Below are positions 1 through 10,022 of a DNA stretch of 64,000 nucleotides, one piece after another. Positions within the stretch are counted from its first letter, which is position 1, and each line of letters opens with the position of its first letter. The stretch is from positions 64,001 to 128,000 of the forward strand of contig CAVVLO010000005.1 of assembly GCA_963749155.1 (NCBI GenBank), given 5' to 3'. The notes under the pieces were generated by a model. It had not been told where the DNA came from. It searched no databases and was given only the letters and a program-made list of their open reading frames with translations. The position numbers and the translations under genes are program-made. This stretch comes from an uncultured Armatimonadia bacterium. Its GTDB lineage: Bacteria; Armatimonadota; Zipacnadia; CAVVLO01.

Positions 1-813
1 TGCGCCTCGACAGGCAACACATCGGCCTCCGCCAGTGCCTATGCGGCGAAGGCGGGACTGAAGTCAATCGTACTGATCCCAAGCGGTTCTATTGCGCTTG
101 GCAAACTTGCTCAGGCTTGTGTGCACGGAGCCGAAGTGGTAGCTGTCGAGGGCAACTTTGACAATGCCCTCGAACTGGTGCGCTATTTCACTGACACCTA
201 TCCTGTTGAACTTGTCAATAGCATCAATCCCTATCGCATCGAGGGTCAGAAGACCGCTGCCTTCGAGATTGTGGATGTGCTGGGTGATGCTCCGGAGTAT
301 CACTGTCTTCCTGTTGGGAATGCCGGTAATATCACCTCCTATTGGAAAGGCTATCGTGAATATAGCGACCTGGGCCGGTGCAAGCTGCCTGTAATGTTGG
401 GCTTCCAGGCTGAAGGTTCAGCGCCTATCGTGCGCGGTTATCGCATAGATGATCCGCACACGCTCGCAACCGCCATAAAGATAGGCAACCCCGCAAGCTG
501 GCAGCAGGCTGAAGCCGCCCGGGACGAGTCAGGCGGCGTCATTGATATGGTTTCGGATGACGAGATAGTCGAGGCTTATCGCCTGCTTGCTCGTACTGAT
601 GGCATATTCTGCGAGCCGGCCAGTGCCGCCAGCGTTGCCGGGCTTATCAAGCTGCTCAAAGGTGGGTATTTCGAAGGCAAGACAGGGCGGATTGTCTGCA
701 CGCTTACGGGACACGGGCTTAAGGATCCCGACCGGGCTATCGCTGTCTCTCCCGAGCCGCGTGTCCTGCCCTTCGATCGCCAGGTTGTGGCAGACTACCT
801 CGAACTCGACTAG
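1..813 (+). CDS. thrC: Threonine synthase (5'-truncated by window edge)
   Basis: Frame open from base 1: CASTGNTSASASAYAAKAG, then NSINPYRIEGQKT, PVGNAGN, CEPASAAS, TGHGLKD, typical of fold-type II PLP threonine synthases. Confidence 0.93.
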   Translation, partial: CASTGNTSASASAYAAKAGLKSIVLIPSGSIALGKLAQACVHGAEVVAVEGNFDNALELVRYFTDTYPVELVNSINPYRIEGQKTAAFEIVDVLGDAPEYHCLPVGNAGNITSYWKGYREYSDLGRCKLPVMLGFQAEGSAPIVRGYRIDDPHTLATAIKIGNPASWQQAEAARDESGGVIDMVSDDEIVEAYRLLARTDGIFCEPASAASVAGLIKLLKGGYFEGKTGRIVCTLTGHGLKDPDRAIAVSPEPRVLPFDRQVVADYLELD

Positions 814-825
814 GGAGGACCCAGT

Positions 826-1716
826 ATGGCAAAGCAGGCGTTGTTGCAAACGGATTTCCCAAACCTGAAACTCGTTGGCCGGGGCAAGGTCCGCGATATC
901 TATGATTTCGAGGATAAGCTCCTCATCGTGGTCACCGATCGCATCTCTGCCTTCGACTGCATAATGCCAAACGGCATCACGGATAAGGGCAAGATCCTCA
1001 ACACGATGGCTTCTTTCTGGTTTGAGTTGCTTGGAGATATCGTGCCCAACCACACTCTTACTGGCGATGTGGCGCAGTATCCTGCCGAATGCGCCCCCTA
1101 TGCAGACGACCTCGAGCAGCGCTCTCTCCTGGTAAAGAAGGCCCAGGTCTTCCCAATCGAGTGCGTCGTGCGCGGATATCTGGCAGGTTCTGGCTGGAAG
1201 GATTACCAGAAGACAGGCGAGGTTTGCGGGCACAAGCTGCCAGCAGGACTGCGCCAGGCTGATAAACTGCCGGAACCAATCTTTACCCCTGCCACCAAAG
1301 CCGAGACTGGCCACGACGAGAATATAAGCAAAGCTCAGGCAGCCACAATAATCGGTCAAGAATATGCAGATTATCTTGAAGAAACTTCTATAAACTTATA
1401 CAAAACTGCGGCTGATTATGCCCGTAAGCGTGGCATCATAATCGCCGACACCAAGTTCGAGTTCGGCCTGATTGAGGGGACCATCCACCTCGTGGATGAA
1501 GCTTTGACCCCCGATTCGTCACGCTTCTGGGATGCCGAGACCTACGAACCTGGCAAAGACCAGCCCAGCTTCGACAAGCAGTACTTGCGCGATTATCTCG
1601 AGACACTGGACTGGGACAAGACTCCTCCCGCGCCAGTCCTGCCCGAGGAGATAGTTGAAGGCACAAGCAAGCGTTACCACGAAGCCCTGGTGCGCTTAAC
1701 CGGTAAAGACTTATGA
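826..1716 (+). CDS. purC: Phosphoribosylaminoimidazole-succinocarboxamide (SAICAR) synthase
   Basis: GKVRDIY, TDRISAFD, ECVVRGYLAGSGW, IADTKFEFG, DEALTPDSSRFW, SFDKQYLRDYL; GGGAGG RBS. Confidence 0.96.
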   Translation: MAKQALLQTDFPNLKLVGRGKVRDIYDFEDKLLIVVTDRISAFDCIMPNGITDKGKILNTMASFWFELLGDIVPNHTLTGDVAQYPAECAPYADDLEQRSLLVKKAQVFPIECVVRGYLAGSGWKDYQKTGEVCGHKLPAGLRQADKLPEPIFTPATKAETGHDENISKAQAATIIGQEYADYLEETSINLYKTAADYARKRGIIIADTKFEFGLIEGTIHLVDEALTPDSSRFWDAETYEPGKDQPSFDKQYLRDYLETLDWDKTPPAPVLPEEIVEGTSKRYHEALVRLTGKDL

Positions 1717-2909
1717 GTCGCAAATATCTCTTCCTGGTACCGGACGGCGCTGCGGATGAACCTCGGGACGAGTTAGATGGCCTGACGGTTCTGCAGGCTG
1801 CGCGCATACCCAATATGGACCGACTTGCCCAGCAGGGGCAGGTGGGCCTGGTGCGCACCGTGCCCGACGGGCTGGAGGCTCAGAGCGATGTCGCCAATAT
1901 GAGCCTGCTCGGTTTCGATCCGCGCAAGTATTACTGCGGCCGGGGTCCACTTGAGGCGCTCGCCCAGGGCATTGAACTCGGTACGAGCGATGTCGCTTTC
2001 CGCTGCAACCTGATTGCTACCGAGGGTGAGACAATTGTCTCTTTCAGTGGGGGCCATATCACGACTCCCGAATCCACAGAGCTGATGCGCTATCTTGATG
2101 AGAAGCTGGGCAGTCGCGCTTTCCACTTTTATCCGGGCGTAAGCTATCGCAACCTGCTTGTCTGGACTGGCGGTCCCACCGATCTAAAGGCTTTTGCGCC
2201 TCACGACCATGTGGGAGAATCGCTGGAGAGTGTCTTCCCGGTGGGCGATGGGGCGGAGCAGCTTATCCAGCTTATCTGGGACAGCTACGAGTTGCTTTCC
2301 AGGCATCCGCTGAACCGTCGCCGGCAAGACGAAGGGAAGCTCGCAGCCAACCTGATCTGGCCCTGGAGTCCTGGGCGGATTCCCAAGGTGACTCCGCTGA
2401 CTGTTGCGCGCGGTGTTACGGGCGCCGTCGTCTGTGCTGTTGACCTTATCAAGGGACTTGGCAAGCTGGCGGGATTGATTTATTTGCCTGTCGAAGGCGC
2501 TACTGGCTATACCGATACCAACTACGCGGGCAAGGGCGCCAGAGCAGTAGAAGCCTTGCAGGCTATGGATTTCGTTTATGTCCATGTAGAAGCACCGGAT
2601 GAAGCAGGCCACGATGGAAGCCTGGAAGCCAAACTCCAGGCTGTCGAACAGGTTGACAAACTGGTGCTCGGGCAAGTGCTTGAGGCTAATTTTGATGATC
2701 TGGCAGTGCTGGTAGCGCCAGATCACCCTACCCCAATCAGGCTTAAGACTCATACTCCGAGCCCTGTGCCTTTTGTGCTCTGGAAGTCTGGCCAGCCCGC
2801 TGGCAGTTCCAGCGTGGACGAGTTCTCCGAGCAAGCAGCAGCTTCGACAGGTTTCTTCGTTGAAGAAGGCCACAGACTACTGGACTTGCTCTGTCCACTG
2901 CGCGATTAA
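1713..2909 (+). CDS. apgM: Cofactor-independent phosphoglycerate mutase, archaeal (ApgM) type / proposed homoserine kinase family
   Basis: DGAAD, SDVANMSLLG, GRGPLEA, AFRCNL, YRNLL, HVEAPDEAGHDG, PDHPTP, HT alkaline-phosphatase-superfamily metal ligands. Confidence 0.85.
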   Translation: MSRKYLFLVPDGAADEPRDELDGLTVLQAARIPNMDRLAQQGQVGLVRTVPDGLEAQSDVANMSLLGFDPRKYYCGRGPLEALAQGIELGTSDVAFRCNLIATEGETIVSFSGGHITTPESTELMRYLDEKLGSRAFHFYPGVSYRNLLVWTGGPTDLKAFAPHDHVGESLESVFPVGDGAEQLIQLIWDSYELLSRHPLNRRRQDEGKLAANLIWPWSPGRIPKVTPLTVARGVTGAVVCAVDLIKGLGKLAGLIYLPVEGATGYTDTNYAGKGARAVEALQAMDFVYVHVEAPDEAGHDGSLEAKLQAVEQVDKLVLGQVLEANFDDLAVLVAPDHPTPIRLKTHTPSPVPFVLWKSGQPAGSSSVDEFSEQAAASTGFFVEEGHRLLDLLCPLRD

Positions 2910-2920
2910 AGGCCTCTGAT

Positions 2921-4336
2921 ATGGAGTCACTCGAAGCCAGGATGGTCCGCTTCATCCGGACGCGCCAGTTGTTGCCCGACGGCGCTACGGTGCTCGTTGC
3001 CTATTCGGGTGGGCCAGATTCTACCTTCTTGCTGCATGCGCTCTCGGCCGCCCGGGATACCCTCAACATCCAGCTTGTGGCAGCTCACCTCAATCACGGC
3101 CTGCGTGGCGAGAAAGCAAGCCAGGATGAAATCCATTGCCGGCGCGTATGCAAACAGCTTGGCATCTCGCTCGTGACTGGCCAGGCGGCTTTATCAAGCC
3201 GGCTGAGCGAAGCGAAAGCGCGCGGAGTCGAAGAACTGGCGCGCACCACCCGGCGACATTTCCTGCTTGAGACGGCAGACCGACTTGGTTGCGGACGTAT
3301 TGCAACTGGTCATACGCTGGACGACCGAGTCGAGAGCCTGTTGATGAACGCCGTGCGCGGCACTGGGCTTGCCGGGCTGACTGGGATACGAGTCTCCTCA
3401 CTTCCCTTCGTCCGGCCCTTGCTTGAAATCAGGCGCTCCGATCTGCTGGCCTGGCTGGCTGAACACAAGGTCGAATGGATAACTGACGAGACCAACTTCG
3501 AGCTTGGGCCACTGCGCAACCGGGTACGCCAGTTGCTGATTCCAAGTCTGGAACGCGATATTGCCGAGGGCGCCACCGAGGCGCTGGCGCGTCTTGCCGA
3601 TTTGGCCGAACAAGCGCATGGGTACCTCTGCAAGCAGGCTCTTGAGGCGCTAGCCCAGTGCTCCAGATGCGAAGGAAACGACCTGCTGCTCCAGATCGAG
3701 CGTTTGATGGCGCTTGATCCAGCCCTGCGCGGCGAGGTACTGAGGCAGGCCCTGCTTGAGCTTGCTCCCGACCTGCGCGATTTGGCTCAGGCGCATATCC
3801 ATCAGTTAGAGGCGCTCACCAGGTCAGAGGGAAGCAGCAAGGGGTTGCAACTCCCTACCGCGCCGGAAGTCTTTATATATAAAGAATACAATCAACTACG
3901 TCTGACACTGATTCCAGCAAGCGAAGTCCAGCCTGTTGCAGTTCAGTTGCCCCTGCCAGGCCAGGTGGACTTGCCAGACCGCAAACTCAGTATTGTAGTC
4001 AGCCTGGTTGATAGAGAGAGCTTGCCCTCTGAGCCCGCGTCGAATTGCCTGTATGTGGCACTAAACAACCTAAGCCAACCGCTTGTCCTGCGCAGTCCGC
4101 GAGAAGGAGACAGCTTTGTACCACTGGGGCTTGGCGCAGAAAAGAGAGTTGCCAGGTACCTGCTGGATGCCAGGATTCCTGCCAGCGAAAGAGCCAAAGC
4201 TCTGCTGGTATGTGATACTGAAGGAATACTGGGTATACTGGGACTGCGTCCGGCTGAACGGGCTCGTGACGCCCTGAAGGCTGACCAGGTTGTCGAATTC
4301 AGGCTTGTGTCCTTAGCCAACAGCTCTGAGGAGTAG
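2921..4336 (+). CDS. tilS: tRNA(Ile)-lysidine synthetase
   Basis: PP-loop VAYSGGPDS, HLNHGLRG, ATGHTLDD, RPLL, RNRVR, C-terminal TilS_C-like region. Confidence 0.92.
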   Translation: MESLEARMVRFIRTRQLLPDGATVLVAYSGGPDSTFLLHALSAARDTLNIQLVAAHLNHGLRGEKASQDEIHCRRVCKQLGISLVTGQAALSSRLSEAKARGVEELARTTRRHFLLETADRLGCGRIATGHTLDDRVESLLMNAVRGTGLAGLTGIRVSSLPFVRPLLEIRRSDLLAWLAEHKVEWITDETNFELGPLRNRVRQLLIPSLERDIAEGATEALARLADLAEQAHGYLCKQALEALAQCSRCEGNDLLLQIERLMALDPALRGEVLRQALLELAPDLRDLAQAHIHQLEALTRSEGSSKGLQLPTAPEVFIYKEYNQLRLTLIPASEVQPVAVQLPLPGQVDLPDRKLSIVVSLVDRESLPSEPASNCLYVALNNLSQPLVLRSPREGDSFVPLGLGAEKRVARYLLDARIPASERAKALLVCDTEGILGILGLRPAERARDALKADQVVEFRLVSLANSSEE

Positions 4337-4341
4337 CGCGC

Positions 4342-5253
4342 TTGTCAAGATTCAGACCTGCCAAGGACTATTCGCCACGTGAGCTGGCCTATCACTGGTT
4401 CGTCCAGTGGGCCATGTGGATTCTCGTCGCGTTGCCCTGGAGACTGGTTTACTGGCTTTGTTGGCCTATTGGCCTTCTGGCCTTCAGTTTTCAAAAAACT
4501 GGTCGCAGGCGAGTTATGCGTAACCTGCATCTGGCCTTTGGCGGTCATTACAATCCTGCTGAACGCTGGTGGCTCGCTTCGCGCTCGTATGTCACTCTTG
4601 CCCTGGCGATGACCGAGTCTCTCAAACACACTGGGGGCAAGCAGTTTGATATGCCAATGATCGCGCCTCTGGGCCTGGAGCGACTTGATGCAGCTCTGGC
4701 GAAGGGGAAAGGGATTATTCTGATCAGCTCTCACTTCAGCACTTTTGGCTTTGCCGGTACAAAACTTCGGGAGCTAGGTTACCCTTACCACGTGGTCAGC
4801 AAGCGCCAGGAGAGTCGTGTCGAGGAAGCCTTCTTCGTAGAGATGCGCCGCCACGCGGATATCACTTTTATTTATCGCGACGAATCATCTCGAGCTTTGC
4901 TCCGAGTATTACAGTCGAACAAGATATTGAACTTGTTTGTTGATCAGACCGCTCGTGAGACTGGTGGCACCTGGGTCAATTTCTTCGGGCAATCTTTTTG
5001 GACATATGATGGCGCGGCCAGACTTGCCAGGAAGACTGGAGCCACTGTTATGACCGCTTCAATATATCGTGTAGGTTCGAAGATGCAGTTGCGTATCGGT
5101 GAGCCGGTTACCTGGGAATATTCCGATGACAAGGAAGTTGATGCCCAGCGTGGCACCCAGGCCATGGTCAAAGCTATAGAAGACGAGATACGACAATGTC
5201 CAGACCATTGGGCCTGGATGCAAAAACCCTGGAAGCATCTCGGCATCAAGTAA
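4342..5253 (+). CDS. Lysophospholipid / lipid A lauroyl (LpxL/HtrB-like) acyltransferase family protein
   Basis: N-terminal TM, GLERLDAALAKGKGIILISSH, VDQ, VNFFG, GAARLA, IRQCPDHWAWMQKPWK. Confidence 0.8.
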   Translation: MSRFRPAKDYSPRELAYHWFVQWAMWILVALPWRLVYWLCWPIGLLAFSFQKTGRRRVMRNLHLAFGGHYNPAERWWLASRSYVTLALAMTESLKHTGGKQFDMPMIAPLGLERLDAALAKGKGIILISSHFSTFGFAGTKLRELGYPYHVVSKRQESRVEEAFFVEMRRHADITFIYRDESSRALLRVLQSNKILNLFVDQTARETGGTWVNFFGQSFWTYDGAARLARKTGATVMTASIYRVGSKMQLRIGEPVTWEYSDDKEVDAQRGTQAMVKAIEDEIRQCPDHWAWMQKPWKHLGIK

Positions 5254-5269
5254 TCAGACCTTGCCCGAA

Positions 5270-5298
5270 TTGAAGCCCTCCTCGTAAACCGGTATAAT
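5270..5298 (+). promoter_or_regulatory. Sigma70-type promoter for hisG
   Basis: TTGAAG-N17-TATAAT, 33 nt upstream of the GTG start; GGAG RBS follows. Confidence 0.7.
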
Positions 5299-5331
5299 CT
5301 CCCTATACAAGGAAGTAAGGAGAGGTAATCT

Positions 5332-6231
5332 GTGAGTGACCCTACCGTAGTAAAGCTGGGCCTTCCCAAAGGCAGCCTTCAGGATGCGACCATTTCGCTG
5401 ATGAAGAAGGCGGGCTTCAGCATCCATGTAAGCAGCCGGAGTTATTATCCTTCTATAGATGACAAAGGCTTTAGCTGCGTGCTAATACGCGCCCAGGAGA
5501 TAGCTCGCTACGTCTCTCTGGGTGTCCTCGATGTTGGTCTGACTGGCTGGGACTGGATTGTCGAAAACGGTGTTGACGACCAGGTCCATCAGGTCTGCGA
5601 ATTGATTTACGCCAAACAGGAAATGCGTCCTGTGCGCTGGGTACTCGCCGCCAGGCCGGACTCGGGTATCCGGGGCATCAGCGATCTGGGCGGTAAGCGC
5701 ATTGCTACGGAGCTTGTGAACGTCACAAAGAGAAAAATCGCTGAAGCAGGGATTGTGCCTGCCTCTGTAGAGTTCTCCTGGGGTGCTACTGAGGCCAAGA
5801 TCCCTGATCTGGCCGATGCCATCGTCGAGGTTACCGAGACAGGCAGCACCTTGCGCGCGCATGGACTCGAGATCTACGCCGACCTGCTCGAATCTACCAC
5901 CAGGATGATAGCTAATCCAGTGGCTTATGAAGATCCGGTGAAGCGCGAGAAGATCGATAATCTGGCCTTGCTGCTTCAGGGCGCTCTTCGTGCTGAGGAG
6001 AAAGTCGGCCTGAAACTGAACGTGGCTTGTGACAATCTGGCAGCCATCCTGGAGATTCTCCCCGCCATGCGCCGGCCAACGGTTTCTCAGCTTGCAGGCG
6101 ATGGTAATGGCGGTTGGGTCGCAGTTGAGACCATCATCAACGAAGCCGAGGCCAGAGAGATAATCCCCAGGCTCAAGCGCGCTGGTGGCGAGGGTATAGT
6201 AGAATATCCTTTGAACAAGGTAATTCCCTGA
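5332..6231 (+). CDS. hisG: ATP phosphoribosyltransferase (long form)
   Basis: [43 protein letters not shown]-terminal regulatory domain ending [11 protein letters not shown]. Confidence 0.95.
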   Translation: MSDPTVVKLGLPKGSLQDATISLMKKAGFSIHVSSRSYYPSIDDKGFSCVLIRAQEIARYVSLGVLDVGLTGWDWIVENGVDDQVHQVCELIYAKQEMRPVRWVLAARPDSGIRGISDLGGKRIATELVNVTKRKIAEAGIVPASVEFSWGATEAKIPDLADAIVEVTETGSTLRAHGLEIYADLLESTTRMIANPVAYEDPVKREKIDNLALLLQGALRAEEKVGLKLNVACDNLAAILEILPAMRRPTVSQLAGDGNGGWVAVETIINEAEAREIIPRLKRAGGEGIVEYPLNKVIP

Positions 6232-6250
6232 ACGGGAAGCTGGTGACTAA

Positions 6251-7420
6251 GTGACTTCTAGTAGTCAGGCACAACTTGGTCCAGCGGCAGAAGGGCTGTT
6301 TGAAAAAGCTCAACGCCTTCGCGCAGCTGGTCAGCTCAGTGAGGCTCGAGATGCGGTAAGGATGGTAACCCATCTTTCACCGCAACTTGAAGAGGCCTGG
6401 TTATTGCTTGCCGAGTTGTGTGAGGACCTGGAGGATGTAAAAGGCGCCGAGCAGGCTTACCGTAAGCTGGCAGGCCTGAGGATAGAGCCTGTCCGGAGTC
6501 AAAGCTCTGGAGAATTAATGGCTACCCCTACCCAGCGCCGAGTACTTGATCCCCAGTCGGCCAGGAAGCTGGCTATCTGGGCAGCAGGTCTCTTCCTGTC
6601 TCTGGTGCTACTCACAGGAGTCTGGCTCAAGGTGCGCGCCGATGCTCAGCAGCGCGTTGTCGAATATCCCTCGGTAACGGACCTTCAACAGAATTATGAG
6701 TCGCCTACATCAGATAACAATACGGTATTACCCCAGGTAGATGGGCCACTTAACAACTCCCAGAAAGGCCAAGTTCAAAGCCAGCAATCTGGGGCCCAGC
6801 CTACTGCTCAAAGCCAGTCGCCGCCGAGTTATGTGCCGACTGTCAGAAATCCCATCGTGCCCAATATCCAGCGCCCGAACGGGGTGCCAACCTTGCCGGA
6901 CCTGCTGTCAAATCCAGGCTCCAGCGGGGGCGGTATCAGTCCTGTGCCTCCACCAAATCTTGCTGCGCAGCCTTACCCTTCATATCAGGGAACGGGTAAT
7001 TACTGGCAAGGCCCCATAGCACCCTGGACTACTGTCCAGCCGAATACAGCCAACAGTGGGGGACGTGTCAACGCCAATACGGGCGTGCTGATACCTGCTA
7101 ATCCAGGCGCGACCTCTACAGCCCCATCCAGTAATGGGGGCGCAGCCGCCAGTGGCACTAATCTGGCCCCACCTCGCACAGGCCTGGCTCCTGCGAATGG
7201 CGGTAGTGCCAGCGCGGGCGCCAGCTCTGCTTCCGCAGGCTTTGCCAAACAGGCCGAAGCTGAGAATCTGATGCGTCAGAACAAGCGCGCGGAGGCCAGG
7301 ACCGCATATAAGATGGCTGTAGCTGAGCTGCTTGAAGCCAAAATGATGGGCAACGACAGCGAGCGGGTTCAGACTGCTATCCGCAGCTGCCAGTTAGCTT
7401 TGAATTTGCTTGGAGAATAA
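6251..7420 (+). CDS. Hypothetical single-pass membrane protein with N-terminal TPR, Pro/Gly/Ser/Gln-rich linker and C-terminal helical (TPR-like) segment
   Basis: TPR-like EAWLLLAELCEDLEDVKGAEQAYRK; TM IWAAGLFLSLVLLTGVWL; low-complexity middle. Confidence 0.65.
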   Translation: MTSSSQAQLGPAAEGLFEKAQRLRAAGQLSEARDAVRMVTHLSPQLEEAWLLLAELCEDLEDVKGAEQAYRKLAGLRIEPVRSQSSGELMATPTQRRVLDPQSARKLAIWAAGLFLSLVLLTGVWLKVRADAQQRVVEYPSVTDLQQNYESPTSDNNTVLPQVDGPLNNSQKGQVQSQQSGAQPTAQSQSPPSYVPTVRNPIVPNIQRPNGVPTLPDLLSNPGSSGGGISPVPPPNLAAQPYPSYQGTGNYWQGPIAPWTTVQPNTANSGGRVNANTGVLIPANPGATSTAPSSNGGAAASGTNLAPPRTGLAPANGGSASAGASSASAGFAKQAEAENLMRQNKRAEARTAYKMAVAELLEAKMMGNDSERVQTAIRSCQLALNLLGE

Positions 7421-7441
7421 CACCAGCTAGCGGAGGTACGA

Positions 7442-9022
7442 ATGAGGCTCGCGCCTAAAGCTCTCCTCCTGATTTTTATTCCAGCTCTACTCATGGCTGG
7501 TTTTTTCGTCCCAATTACATCGGCTGCCGCGGATGAACCTGCTCCTCCTGAACCTCTTGTGGCGCTTTTCCCTAGCCTGGTTGCAGGCCCTGTCGAAGGC
7601 TTGGCAGAGCTTTTTGATAAATCAGTGCGCGATCAGATGGATGCCGCAACCAGTTTTCGTGTATTGCTTGCTTATCCCCAGTCCAGTTCGGCACTGCTGG
7701 CTGTGCAGAGTCTCGAACTCAAACCTGAAGCCTTGCTTTCCTCAATAGATCCTTTGATAATGCAAGCGCTGGTGCGCACTCTGGTGGCTGACCTTGGCGC
7801 CCGTCCCAGGCTGGAATTCACCCCTGAAGGCAAACTCGAAAGCTGCGAAGTGCTGCTGTTCTGGCATGACGCCAGCCGGTCAGTCCAGGTTGCGCCGCCT
7901 TCGACCTCTACCAGCCTTGAAGGCCTTGTCGCTACAGTGGCTGGAGAGATGGTCAAGGCGGTCGCCGAGGCGGCCAGTGGGCTCCAGACAGGCACTGCCC
8001 TTGTGCCCCAGCCTGTCAGCCAGGACGCTGCCGAACAAGCCGACGCCCTTTTCAAGGAACACGAAGTCGCGCTGGCGGCTGGCAATACGGCTTTAGCAAT
8101 CAGTCAATTGCTAAGGGCTGTTGATCTGGCTCCGGATAATCTTCGCTACCGTGAAGCGCTGGGTGAGCTGTATACCTCGCTCAGGCAAAACAGCCAGGCT
8201 ATCGTCCAGTACAAAGCTCTTGCAGCGGCTGTACCCGATTCGGCTGACTATCAGGAGCGACTTGGGCATCTCTATTATGCTAATAACCAGTTTATGCCAT
8301 CGGCTCAGGCGTTCGATGCCGCGCTCAAGCTGGATCCAACCCGCACTGGGCTCTGGGTAAATCTCGGTAAAGCCTATGATTCGCTCGATAACGAGGTAGC
8401 TGCGCTTGCCGCTTATCGAAAAGCCGCCGACCTTAAGTTGCCCAATCCGGCAATCTATACCAGACTCGCAGATGCCTCTCTCAAAATCGGCGAAGTGGAA
8501 CTGGCGATGGATTATTTCCAGCGCGCCGCCGAACTCGCCCCCAATGATATCGACTTGCAGTCTCGTATCGCTAACCTCTTCCTGACTCAGGGCACGCCCG
8601 ATCAGACCCTTGATGCCTTGCTGCGCCTGGTGGCGGCTATGCCGGAGGACGCTGCGATACTCTCCCCTCAGGCCTATGAAGCTTTCGTGACCTGGATGCG
8701 TCGGCGCATCGACCGCGAATTGGCCAGTGTCCGCCAGGGGCTGGTCGACCTGTCCGAACAGAAACTTTCGCGAGAAGAACTCTTCGATCGGACAGTTTTC
8801 GAGTGGGAAGGCCTAAAGAGATATGTCTCACTTGCCGATAAGCTAGAACCGGACGAAGCGCGCGCCCAGCAACATGCGCACTTCGTCTATGCCCTGGCTC
8901 TGGCGCAAGAGGCCTTGCTCGAATATCTGCTTTATATAGATACCGGTGTACCTGCTCATCTGGGCGCTGCGAGCAACAAGGCCTCCGCTGCCACAATCGA
9001 GTTCCGTCAGGCCTCGGGCTGA
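7442..9022 (+). CDS. Secreted tetratricopeptide-repeat protein
   Basis: Signal peptide; several TPRs (RAVDLAPDN, AALKLDP, RAAELAPND); GGAGG RBS. Confidence 0.75.
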   Translation: MRLAPKALLLIFIPALLMAGFFVPITSAAADEPAPPEPLVALFPSLVAGPVEGLAELFDKSVRDQMDAATSFRVLLAYPQSSSALLAVQSLELKPEALLSSIDPLIMQALVRTLVADLGARPRLEFTPEGKLESCEVLLFWHDASRSVQVAPPSTSTSLEGLVATVAGEMVKAVAEAASGLQTGTALVPQPVSQDAAEQADALFKEHEVALAAGNTALAISQLLRAVDLAPDNLRYREALGELYTSLRQNSQAIVQYKALAAAVPDSADYQERLGHLYYANNQFMPSAQAFDAALKLDPTRTGLWVNLGKAYDSLDNEVAALAAYRKAADLKLPNPAIYTRLADASLKIGEVELAMDYFQRAAELAPNDIDLQSRIANLFLTQGTPDQTLDALLRLVAAMPEDAAILSPQAYEAFVTWMRRRIDRELASVRQGLVDLSEQKLSREELFDRTVFEWEGLKRYVSLADKLEPDEARAQQHAHFVYALALAQEALLEYLLYIDTGVPAHLGAASNKASAATIEFRQASG

Positions 9023-9047
9023 CTCTGGCAGGCAAGGGGGACTAGGT

Positions 9048-10022
9048 GTGCGCTTCCCTCGGCACATCGTTGGGCTGACCTTTGGGCTTGTGCTAGTGGC
9101 TTTTTTGGCTCAGGCTCAGGACAAGGGAATCAACGAGTTATTCTCGCAGCTTCAACTTGATTCCTATGAACACCGAGCAGTCTACTACTGGTGGTTCAAG
9201 CCCTTCCTGTCTGTCCTCGTCTTGCTGGTGATTTCCTGTCTTGCCTGGGAGTTGCTACATGACCGCAGGCTTCGCCGCAAGCTGTTAAGGCTGCAGTCGA
9301 GGCTGGCTGGCGCCTCGCTGGATCCTGCCCAACTGGTTCGCGAAGGCGCTCGGCTTGAGCTTTGTCGCACTCTGCCCAAAGAAGAACTGCCCTTCTGTAT
9401 CGGTCGTAGTGTGATTGAGGAAGTTGAACCGCGCCGGCTGGCGGTCCTTCCCCCGATGAGAGAGGGCACTGTACTGCCTCTGCATGAGGGAGAACGCCTC
9501 CTGGTGCGCCTGCTGGCACGAGAGGGCCTCTACGAGTATTGGTCTACCGTCCTGACTTATGAGCGCCAACAGGCCTCGCCGAGTGAGCGACTCTATTGGC
9601 TCTCGGTCCCTGTAAAATTATTTCGAAACCAGCGACGTAACTATTTCCGTAGCAAACTGGGCCTGCCTGTGTCACTGGTGCCCCTGCCTCCCCCTGGGCG
9701 CCGAGATGACGAAACAGAACCGCTTGAACCACCAGTCTATGGAGGCTATACCCTCGATATTTCAGGAGGGGGCGCTCGCGTGCGCACTGATGCGCCCTTC
9801 TTGGCAGGAGAGCACGCAAAGGTTACCATTGACCTCGGGCCGGAGGATGGGCAGTTGACCGCCCTGGCTACTGTAGCCAAAACAATATCCAGCCTGGAGG
9901 GCGATCAGGTTTGTCTTCAATTCCGCAAACTGACGGAGGTCGAACGTCATCGTCTGGTCTCCAAAGTGATGGAGGCGGAACGGCTGGTGCAACGCAAAAA
10001 GCGCCATCAGCAGACGATGTAG
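9048..10022 (+). CDS. Membrane-anchored YcgR/PilZ-domain c-di-GMP-binding protein (flagellar-brake-like)
   Basis: GTG start after AAGGGGG; signal peptide plus TM; PilZN-like region; intact QRRNYFR (RxxxR) and DISGGG (DxSxxG) motifs. Confidence 0.8.
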   Translation: MRFPRHIVGLTFGLVLVAFLAQAQDKGINELFSQLQLDSYEHRAVYYWWFKPFLSVLVLLVISCLAWELLHDRRLRRKLLRLQSRLAGASLDPAQLVREGARLELCRTLPKEELPFCIGRSVIEEVEPRRLAVLPPMREGTVLPLHEGERLLVRLLAREGLYEYWSTVLTYERQQASPSERLYWLSVPVKLFRNQRRNYFRSKLGLPVSLVPLPPPGRRDDETEPLEPPVYGGYTLDISGGGARVRTDAPFLAGEHAKVTIDLGPEDGQLTALATVAKTISSLEGDQVCLQFRKLTEVERHRLVSKVMEAERLVQRKKRHQQTM

